A DNA stretch of 64,000 nt from Pocillopora damicornis (Eukaryota). The notes under the pieces are model-generated. The model saw only the letters and a list, made by a program, of their open reading frames with translations, ran no database searches and was not told the DNA's origin. Position 1 is the first letter of the stretch, and every line of letters begins with the position of its first letter. Of this stretch, positions 43,701 to 55,700 are shown in pieces. A program made the position numbers and the translations under genes. Location: the NCBI RefSeq assembly GCF_003704095.1, contig NW_020846062.1, positions 62,001 to 126,000 on the forward strand, read 5' to 3'.

Positions 43701-46700
43701 TCCTTTTTGTGATGGTTATGACTTTTCTTCTTGTCGTGACCTCTTCCAAGTCTTCTAGGCTGGGCGTTGTTTCCTCCGTTGACACCACAGTTTTCTCCAC
43801 GGGTAATTCCAACTTCATTTTCTTGCCGTCAGTCGTGCTATAAGTCTGGTAAGTGAGTACTTTTGTGGAACGAGCTTCCAATCGATCCTTCATCTCAGAC
43901 CAGCGCCTTTCAATGGAGAGAACTCTAAAAAGGAAGGAAAAACGTGTTCGTGAAGTGGCCTACACGGCTGGAGCCTTTTTAACCGGTTTCTTCAGCATCA
44001 AAAGCCAGGAATGCTGCCACTTCTGTGGTCAGCTTGTATCCGTGAAAATATTTTCACATTAATTGAGGTAAAAGTTGGCCATAATTTGTATAATTTCCTC
44101 TTAACAAACTGTAGGTCATTAATCTTCTTATAAATGTGCGAATCGCTCAGTAAAAAGTCTCCCAGACTCACTTAATTCTTATTTCATCCGCTCTGGAGTA
44201 GCGGCCGGCGACAAGAATGTCCACGCCAGATAACATGTGCTTGATACTCGTCTCAAACATCTGCAGGAATGAAAAAAATATTATCAATCCAGACTATATC
44301 AAAATAATGCAGGGAAATTGCAAATTATTTTATATTAAATACATCAAAATCTCTTCCTCCTGGAACAATTATGACCCCGCTATCCAAACTACACCCTCTG
44401 TTTCCTAAAATTAGCCAAATGCAGTCTGTGTGAGTGCCTGTGTAGCAAAAAGACAACTTAAGGATGGCGCTTACCACAAGAGACTTTTCAATTTGGTAGA
44501 AGTGCTTTCGGCGTGTCTCGCTATCAATGGTATTACCGACTTCCTCTTCCTGCAAGGGACAAAATAAACATGACACACGTTTCAATTAATAAAATATTCT
44601 TATAGCCCGCCAACCAGTCAGGTGAAGGAGAACAAAAACTTGGAGTGAACTATTTAAGCAATAGCCCGCCTTTTTTGCCAGTTTACCACCGGCGTAATAA
44701 CCAATACGGATGTTAGGAGAACGCAAGAAAAGTTTGTAAATCACGTGCCGAAGGCTATAGGTTTACCAGTGCACTAAATGATAGGTTTTGGACCAATCAG
44801 GGCGCTCCTAGTATCTCAATTATTTCATATTTGTAAAAGTAATAGGACCGAGTGGAGTCCAGTTCGGTCTGTAATCAGACGGGTGATGAACGAGTAATAC
44901 GCGAGTCCGATTTGTTAATCACGAATATGATTACAGACCGAATTGGACGACATGATATCCTGTTACCAATTCATCAAATCTATGAGAGAATTTGAGAACG
45001 AAACTTAACATCAGTTATACGTTTTCAAAAAAAAAAACCAGTTAACTCGGCGAAATGCGAGGCAACAGCGCGCGCACATGATGCGTTCTGTCCACTTACA
45101 CCGGCATGACGTGTTAACTGTCCCTTTGTCCTATTACACTGTCCAATTACAAGCCTGACGCGTACACTGTCCTATTAGTGTTGAAATCGGGCTAGTGATA
45201 ACCAATCACGTTCGAGAATTTTGTTATAGTTTTGATTAAACATAGAACGCTGTTACTTCTGTACTTACTGATTTGATTCTTTCTTCAATGTCATCGAGTG
45301 AAGCGTCGACAAGAGTTGCCTGGTGATAGAGAGGAACACGTAAAAATGTTTATTTTCTATATTTTAAATTGTAAAATTAATCTTATGATTCAGAAAGCAA
45401 AGGAAGCATAAAAATGCATGTTACCAAATATAAAAGTTCAGAACGCAAAGTTAACAAACACACCATCAGAGTAGCTTACCATGACTCCGTACTCTCCTTT
45501 CATTGCAAATGGTTTGAACCCAGGGGTAACATGCGATAGTGCAGTCTGATTGTTCAGGTGAGTGTAGTCCTAAGATGTACTGTTGTCGGTAGTGGTGACT
45601 GAGCGGAAGTCCTCATCAGAGTCACTTGACTATGATGAGGACTTCCGCTCAGGTTGTCGAAGCGTCAGTCACCACTATCGACAACAGTCTTTCTTAGGAC
45701 TATACTCACCCGGATGATCAGACGACACCATCTCCTTTTATAATCACCTAAAATTGCTTGGATTTCTTGAAAATTCAACAGGTAAAAGGATTGCGCTACC
45801 GGTTTGAAAATTTATTTGTACCTGTCGTGTTTAAAATAAGGGAGAACGATGAATTTGCTCTTCGATCAGTCGATAGTCGCCTCTAATCGCTCAAATAAAG
45901 TTTTCAACACGTTGTTTACCAACATAACAGACAGTTCCAATCTGTATGGAGTTGCAAAGAAACTTAACCCTTTAATGCCGAGAGCGACATTACATAATAA
46001 ATATTTAATCACTTATTCTGAAATTTTCATCACCAAAAGGCCAGTAAAAGATCTGCATATTGAAGACATAAAATCATGGCCCCCTCCAATATAACTTGAT
46101 CTACCACCCCTACAACTTTTGGAACTTTTTGTCTTTGTACATATACTGTTTTGGTCCAGGCGATATCTCACCACAATCACCGTTCTGAGAGCTGCAATTT
46201 ACGCTATAGTTTAGTGGTATACCCTTGATTAAGAAGACAAACGAAAAATTTCAACGTTTTTTCTTTTTCGCTTTGGACTCCTTTCAGTCCTTTCAATTAG
46301 CTCCTCACACTTTTTGGTGTCATTTATATCATACCCCAGAAAACACTTTTAAAATTAAATATTAGACGTAGTCTGATGATTCATCGTTCTAATTTTTTAA
46401 AAAATTTGGCATTTCCTTCGGGCAGTCAAAGATTAAGGGCAGCTTTTACTTTATAAAGAAAGTATCTGCTATGTTTGATACTGACCTCCTTCTGGATTTT
46501 TTCTGCCACTTGATGCATCTGTTCAAGCCTGTAAAATATTTGGATTCAAGCAGAGGCATAAGATCCTTAATTAAACCAGGTATTCGAGACTCGATCTTTT
46601 GACTTTCACACGTAATCAGCGACTACCTTCTCCCAATAATCTACATACATTATCATGCAGACAGGTGATAAGTTCAAAGTGGATTATCAGTTAGCGCGTG

Positions 46701-49700
46701 TTATCTTGATGTCAGCCCAAATTCCTTTGTCTGGGGGATTAGGCGGGGTTAATGGTGAAATTTATATGTGGGAACATTTCATCCGTCAATTTAGATCCTC
46801 TGAGATTGAACTGAAAACTTTCTACACGGATTTCATAGTGCGCCCAGAAGCTGTCTGTGATTGGTGGAGGCATTTGGAAAGAATATATGACAGCTGATCA
46901 AAAGCATTTTCGTGGAGATGCATATCAAGAGACTGTGTAATCCTCTTAATCGTAAACTTTACCCTTTGATTCTCAAGGTCCCGTTAATGAAAAAGACAAC
47001 ACGATGGTCGTTCAAGACATATATTTAAATCATTCTGGATTCTTGTGGGCGGCATCTTCTTTTCAAATCATTACATTTTGCACTTTCATGAATACGATTT
47101 ACAGAGTACCGCTTGAGCTGTGCTCTAGAAGAGCCCGAGTGCCACTGGCGACCAATTTTTGAACTTTGGCCCTTGTCTTTCAAAAGTTGGCACCAAAACA
47201 ACGCCTTCAGTGACCTAGTGATTGTTCTAAGAGCACTGCTTTGGACGCATATCATCTTAACTAAATTCAGTCAGATTAACAGCTGAAGAGTGAAAACATA
47301 TATCTAACCTGGTAAGCTCAATTCTTAGTGACTTGTTGTAGTTGTCTTGGGTCTCTACAAGCTTTGTCCATGACTGTAAGGAAAAATGATGTAAGTCGCG
47401 ACTTTGAATTTTGAGAAGAAACACTCCCCACCCACCGCCCTGTACAAGCGAGAGTCCGAAATAGTGACAGTCCTCTTCGCATCCGTTTTAAATAGAGAGA
47501 GAGCACGTTGCGTGACGAGACCAAACAAAAGCTGCGAAAGAAATCTTCAATACCGAGAGATGATTAAAATGACCCAGGTTTTAGTTGAAAAATAAAAATA
47601 TTTAGCGCACAAAGAACACTGAGAGACTCTTTCAAGATGTTCAGTTTCTTTTCATAAGTAGAAAACACGTAAACACACTGAATGAGTCGAAATATCGTAA
47701 AAATGCAAACATTCCGGAACAACAGAAGACAACTTTGTCATTGAACTCGTCCAATTAATTCGTTGGAAGAAAATAGAACAATAAAAATGTTAGTTTGGAA
47801 CCAGATGAAGTGTACACGATTCCGAAATAGCATGAGCTGTATCATGGCATTTCCCTGTAGTTTTACCCGTCATTCAGCGCGGCTTGACTCTAAATATTTC
47901 TTATAGGAAGGCGAATTTAACTAGTTACTATTCAAGGGGTTTTCAATGAGAAAAACGCAGTTGCGTTATTAACCGCTGACAATCATGTCACATTTAATCT
48001 GTGTAAGCAACAGAGAAATCTCTATTAGTTAACGTTACAAAATAAACATTTCTTACCACTTCTAATTCCCTGGGACTACATTCAAAAGGAAACTCCAACC
48101 AGGTTGCCATAGGGCCATACAGTGCCTGGAAGATAAATAACAAAAGTTACTTAGCTCTTTAGTTGGCTTATTGCAAGTTTTCATAATTTTAAAGCTCAAA
48201 ACTATCTTAGTTTGAGGCCAGCAGATTTTAGCAGCAGGTAAACAACTTTCTCACGTAATTTTTTTCTTTTTTAAAGAACGTCGCGATCTCATTTTGAGGC
48301 TGAAGCCAAACGCCCTTATTTCGTCTCGCGATTGACGCCAGGAAACGTTCTTAAAATGTTCTTATAGTTATGTGGTACAGTATTCCAATGAATGAACTCT
48401 GACGTGAGATAATTATCCTGCTAGACCACAGTTTTACATTTCTTTTACCATTATTTACACTTCTCAGAAAAAAAAAACCGAGCGAAGTAGGGCGTTCTTA
48501 ACTGACTCTCAGTCTGAGTATATACTTAGTATGTTCTTAAAATTTTAGTTAATCTCGGCCTAAACGTTCTTATAAAAAAAAGGTTACTATAAAAGAAAGA
48601 AGAATTCTTGCCAATTTGTCAAAGTTCAAGACAAGCCCGAGGTCACTTTCCTTCCAAAGAAGATTCCAGATTTTTCCCTTGCTTTAGTTAAAATTGTCTG
48701 AGTTTCTTTCAAGCTGCATACTATTTTCATCTTTCTAAGATTCTCAGTAATGTTTGCCATATACTCCTATCATTCTAGCTGTCAGAATTTTAAAGCCACA
48801 TAAAACAATGTGGCTATCTGTCTTTCTTCTCCGCATCTTTCTGCTTGACAACATGTTGATATCGTAAGGAGACAAATTACTTCTTGGTGATAGAACCTGT
48901 GAAAACTCTGCCAGCGACATAAATTACTTCCTGGTGATAGAAGTTGTGCAAACTCTGGCAGTGAGGCGCCCATGGGAGTTTGGTACTGACTTTACTTTTT
49001 CATTACCTGTTTTGATTTGTGTGACTGACAACTCTCTACAATGGGGATTGCCTGTAATCTAATCCAATCTTTACAGAAATAGCTATTCTCCATAAAAATT
49101 CAGAAACACATTTAACTGTACCTGTAGTTCACGAAATACCATTTTTAAGGAATGTCTTGAGGCTTCCATCTCAGGAAATTCACTTATACGGTAGCGGTTG
49201 TACTCAACAATGAGCTCCTAAAAGTTAAAGAATAAATTCAAGATGTGTTCGTTTTCAAAGGATTATTTCAAGCAGAGGTGCTGCAGAATACATAAATCCA
49301 TCGAATTTGTAAATCAACATTTGGATCAATTAATGATGATTTTCTAGGACACTTTTCATAATCATACCCGTATCCCTTCCCTCCTTTACACAACTCTATC
49401 CTTGCGATAACAACTAACAACTTTACGCATTTTGTTGACTGTACCATTCAACTTTAGGGACGCTTTAGGAAATTAATGTTCACACAATTTTTGTCACCGG
49501 TTGTAGCAGGTGTAAGCCTCTCGTGGCTTGCTCTATATCAAGGGAAAAATCTAGGAAGTTTGGAATAACAGGATTCCTATGTTGAAGGGGTGTCACTGTT
49601 GTACTACAGAGGTAAAGCCACAGAGCAAGAGGAATTGTAGTCAGTCTGGCAGACATTTTAACTCAATGAACGTGAATTTAACATTTTGTATAAGCAAAAT

Positions 49701-52700
49701 CTGGGGAGAAACACTTGATCTCCTCAACTCCTACTACTTTGCTGCACACCATAACAAAAGAAAAGTCTCTTCAGTAAAAGTCGTGAACAAAAACATACAA
49801 ATGCTGAGTTTTGTTCCCCTCTATTTCCTTTGTGTTATTATTTACTTTTTTCCCCCAACATAAATGGTTGTAAATCAAAGGAAAGATGCTTAGTTGATAG
49901 TAAATGCACAAATTAACTTTTCCTCCAAACCTTTATTCCATGGATAGTCTTTGGGAATCTCTGTTTCTCCATTTTTTGCTCCACTTTGTTGATCTCCACA
50001 ACTAGAGCTTTTGCCAAGTTACAATATTCTTCAAACTTGAAAAGCTTTTCCTGAATATAGATAAATCACAGGAAATGAAATTTGACTCAAATAAAGAATA
50101 GATTAAAGCAAAAATACTTAAATGGTCAGCTTCGTTCATTTTTTCGGGTTCAAATCCATAAAAAAAATTAATAAGAAATTGAGAGAGAACTCGACATCAC
50201 ATTAACAAGGATGCTTACATTATCCTGCAATGACTCTTGTACTGTTGGCTCTTTTGGAAATACTTCATACAAGGAAGATACATATGTCATGATAGATTTT
50301 TCATCTGGTTGTTCGGTATTTGCGAGATCTAGAACAGAAATCATAACAGGTTCACAGTCATGCATACAGAAATTTACTTACAATGCATTCATATCCATAC
50401 GGTGTGCAATATTTAACGTAAAAGTTTAAGTTAAGTTTTTTCCCTTGCCCAGGAAAATACCCATTTGCTAGTTACCACAATCCATTCTGACAATTTGACA
50501 CAATTCATGTGGATGGACAAGTGAAGACAATAGCTCAATCTAACTATCTTCCAGTATCTTATCAGGATTTACCAGCAGTTCTCTGTTATCTCTTTATACT
50601 CCTGAGCTAAGGTGATCAGAGCATTGTTATCACTTACCCAAAGTTATGTGCGGCACTATGCAGCTTACCCTGAATTAGTGATGATTTAGTTTTAAACAAC
50701 TAAACTGAGAAGAACACAAGGAAAGTTCAGATCACAATGCTCTAGCCAGAACTCAAGCCCAGAGCTTTCATTCCCACAAATCCAACCAGCAATTCCCACC
50801 AATTCATCCAGCAAACTTCTCCAGCAACTGGTGCTTAACAACAATTCTGAGTGGTTGACCTTCCTGATAGCAAATTGAACCTGAACATTTAGTGATTTAT
50901 TTTACCTTCCACATCTAAGAGTCTTGGAACACCAAGTTCTTTCTCAGCCACATGAAATGAATACTCCAGGTTTTGATCAGGGCTTGCTTTATTCAACTTG
51001 GAGAAGTCTACAAGATCTGGCCTGTTGTTGGAAAAAACAATCACAATTCCATGATATTTCTATTAAAGACCATAAATTCACAAATCACATTTGACTGAAA
51101 TTTATGTGCCTGACAAAAATCAAACTAAACCCTCTTTGTTACACAAATTAAAACATTTAAGATACCTGTATCTGTGAATAATTGCATTGAAAGCCAGCCC
51201 ATCTCTCCATGAAGTTGTAAAGTTTCCAACATCAACTGAAGGATAACTGAAAACAGAAAGAAACACAATATATTCTTTTCACTTTGCTTCTCAGCAGCAT
51301 TTTAAGCTCAGCATCATAGAAAATGTTTTAGGGAAAGTTACATGTTTATCACTTCTGGGAGTTAAAGGATTAAGTAAAAGCAAGCAATTTGTATGATGCA
51401 CAGAATAACAATGGAAACTGAATGGCAGTTGCTCTTTTTCAGCTCATGATAACTAACTAGTTGGAAAAGGAATTTGTGTTTTAAGGAACAATAATGGAGC
51501 ATAGTAAAGCCAAATCAGTCTGTGAAATCCCACTTTGGACACTTAACCCTTTAACTCCCAGAAGTGATTCACATGCAATTTCTCCCTTCAATATCCATCC
51601 ACTATTCAGGAAACAGGTAATGAGAGTAATCAAATGTATTAGATAGAAGTTGTTATCTTGATCTAACACCAAATTCTTGCAACCAATTGACAATGAAACG
51701 GGAAGCAGCTAGAGGGGAGAATTAATAATCAGATCTTGGGAGTTAAAGGGTTAATTGCAAACTGCTCTTATCATCTCAGCACTTACCCCTGAGTTACTTT
51801 CTTTGCCCACAGAAGAAGAGCATCTTTAGCTGTCATCTGCTCCTGTTTTCCCACAACTTCCACCTCTGAAATCTGTAATTATACCATTACATAACAATAA
51901 TTGTAAAGAAACATGGACATACATGCATTTAGTCTGGAACTGGACTGAAATATAATTTTTCTGCTAAGATGTTCAAAAGAATCCTACAAGCTATCAACAA
52001 AGTAAGGGAAGCTTACTTTTTCAAGAGGCAATGGAACAGTTTTATTTTGAAACCAGTCAGAATTATTCAAATTTATTTACCTATTTAAGAATTAACAGAC
52101 ATAAAATAAATACATGGTTTATTGTCTGACCTGGTAGTGTAAGATAATTGTCCATATCAGACCCAGGGTAAGCTTGGGATTACCATCCACTATGTCCTCA
52201 CTACGAATGTTCACCAGTTTCACCTGAAACAAAATATTCGTTAGCTTAAGCTTTGTAGGACATGAGGGGTAACATTGGGTAAAGAAATCTTTCAAACCTG
52301 TTACTCCCTAACATCAGTATGCATATTCTCTATGCTGTTATATATCAATTTCCTAAGGTTCTGACAAGGAGAATTTGTTTAACTATCACAAGCTTCTTTT
52401 TTCCGGTGATCATTCCCTTTATTCTAATAAACTTGATGTGTGATTCAGGGGTGATATTATAAAGAGAACCTACAATAGATTTTTGCTACTCTTCAGGATC
52501 AAAGGGTTAGGAAACTTGCAGGAAAGATTGAGGTGTTCATGAAAACTGTGGTTTAGTTGGAGCTCAGTTTCAAACTAAGCAGGCAGATGCAGATCCATGC
52601 AATGTAGTTGAACAAACACACATCTTGTTTTAAGAATATATAGGCTGATTTACAGGGAGAAAATCATCCTCAAGACTTATGATTATAATTAATCCTCAAG

Positions 52701-55700
52701 ACCTATAAATATAATTTATCATTTCATGTGCTTTAAATTGGTAATTCAGTTCAGTACAACACAGATCCTAACATTTCTCTACCAAATACACCCTTGAGTG
52801 TCCCATGATTTTTAATTTCTACAGTATGTGATTGAAACTTAGGATACCTGCTGTGACTGAAGAAATTCTAAAGCAGTCTGAACATTCTGAAGTCTGTGAA
52901 ATCTTAACTGTCCTCTTTCTCTTGGCTAAATAGTAAATATCAAAAAAAAATAATGAGAAAATTATGAAAGATCATCTCATTACAAAAAACATTAAGTTTA
53001 CATTCATGTAAAACTTGCAGTTTAGGAAAAGAAGAAATCCCACAAAAACTTTACAAGACAAAAACATCTACAGTTGCAGAGAGATGGCAACAACTACAGA
53101 TATGCGAAACTAACTCGCATATCTGCCAGAGCTCATCCTCACTTAAATAATATGAAGTAACCAAGATTATTATCAATTCATCCGGATGCCATGCTACATT
53201 TAGTCAATAATGGTTACAACTGCATTAGAGAAAGTTTCTTGGACAATTTTCTGAAACTTAGTTACACTTTCCTGTGAAAGATGACTCCGTAAAAGTCGTG
53301 CACTATCCCTAACCAGACCTTTCCACCATCAGTTTAGCTTGCTAAGTATGTAGGCTACTAAATTAGCCACAAAGAAATTCAAAATGTTACTTCAGTTACT
53401 ATTTGTTTCAAGGGCTGGTGATTGCAGCATTATACCAATAGAAAGTGTCATTTACTAGTGCAATAAATGATAAGTTTTGGACCAAATAAGATGCTCATGG
53501 TATCTAGGTAATTTTATATCACACATTAGTGCAGTATTCCAAAACATCAAACACCAAACTTAGCCAGTGCTAAAATACAGAAATCTGGTCTATCCAAGGT
53601 CTACTACATACATTTTCTCAAACCACAACTTTTTACAAAATAATATACTTACCAAGTTGATCTTACAAAGAAGCTCTAGCAATAATAACAGATTGGTTCC
53701 ATCTCTTAGTTCCTCATATAGATCCAAAATTCGTACATTAACCTGAGAAGGAAACCATTTCAGTAGGTTAGGGTAAGATTCAAGTTAACAAAGGCAACAG
53801 TTATCAAGTTACTTTGTCAAAAAGAGTCTTACTTAGTGGATAATGGATAGGTAATTTATAAATAGGCAGCAAGAGGGCTAAATTGCATATTTACAGATAT
53901 ATAATATTACTTATAAAGTTTTAATCCCAAAAAAATACATATTATACGGATAATAAAATACTAAAATTAATTTAACACTGTGAAATTGGTAAAACAAATT
54001 CAATCTGTAATAAACATGTCAAAATACATTATTCTCTAAAAACAAGCCTAATAAAAATGTGTTTCTCTAGCAATCTTTTTTCCATTTTGGGACTCAAAAA
54101 TGCCTATTGCATCTGAGTGAGTCTACTGATTTATGTGCTGTAAGCAAAAGCTTATGAAAGTGGTTATCCTCATCAGTCTGATTTTATTCAGATCCTACTC
54201 ATTCCTAATCTTTCAATGACCAATTATAGCATTATTGAAATATTAGCAAATGTCCTGAACAAGCTCCTAAAACTGTATAAATCACATCAAGTTAAAGAGG
54301 CATGGCTTACAATTAGTTTGCTCTGAAGGATGATTCACCTTTTTAACTCCCTGATCATGAAATGTTTAATTTGTAACCTCTCTTTACAACATCAATACAT
54401 TATCCAGTAAACTGGTGATGAGAATTCTCAGACTTATCCCATAGAGGTTGTTATCTTGATCTAACAACAAATTTTTGTAACTAATTTACAAGCTTGACAT
54501 TCAGAACTTGGGAGTTTCAAGGGATAACCTTAGGAATAAGCTCCAGGTTTGTATATCATTTTTCTTGCAGGTTGTAAAGCTTTTTAGAAGTTGGTGTTAA
54601 GATAACTTCTCTGTGTTTTACCTTATAGTTCATAAATCATACAAATCATTAGCCCTTATATACTGTTTTAGAAAAAAAATAAAAACCAACTTTTTAAAAT
54701 CTTATCCTAGAAATGAATAAACTGCCTTTTGGACATGCGGCCCCTGATAGAGCTTAGTAGTTTTGTTAATGTGATTATCACTTCAGAATATAATCTCTCA
54801 GTTAAAGCTGTTCTGTTTGAGAAATAGAAGGGTAAAAACACACTGTGTAAACTTGGCATCGTTATAGGGCCAGCCTGAAACTAACTTATTCAAACTGAAA
54901 AAAAAATTGAATTGCATGCCTGATGAAAAAAATATCAAAGGGAACTCCCTTTTAAAACAAAAGGTCATACCTCTAGTTCCTGTTTAGTCACTAAATGCTA
55001 ACCATTATCCTTTTATGAATTCTACACCATTTCAATTTTTTTATTAGCTAACTGAGATACATGTACACCTTGTAAAAAATAAACATTTAAATTTTAATGT
55101 AAAATTGTACAAAGTCGGCAAAATTTTCCTATCCAGACATGATGGTCTCTTGAGACCCTTTGAGGTAATGTATCTTTTCAGCTCACTCCAACATGCCCGA
55201 GAAGGCAAGAGAATTAAATTAACTTAATCCTCTTGAGCACACCTTCTACTTTATAACCATTGCACTGTAAAGTGAATTCCAATACAAACTACAGACTCAA
55301 GCAATCATTAGATGCAATAGGCCTCTAATGATCGATGAGAGCGGAAATCCGTAATTTAACTTAGGGACAGCAGAGGAAAAACTTTGCACCATGTATTAAA
55401 ATGACAAAAAAAATTAATGAAACCGCACATTAAATTTCGTAACCTATATCTTACAGATAAGGCTTATGTTCTATTATTAGTAGCAACTAAACACACAGTT
55501 GAACCGCAATCGAGAACGAATGAAATTGACAAGCTTACTTTCTGAAGATGATTGTTAACCCACTTTGTGAAAGTTTTCTTCTGAACTGCATCTCTGTGAT
55601 CTGTAACGAAATGTAGCAATGGTTAGCGCAGATTCTTAGTGGTAAGCTTACAATGAAGTTTTAATAAAACTAACTATCCATCCGAGTTGTTATCTTTGAA

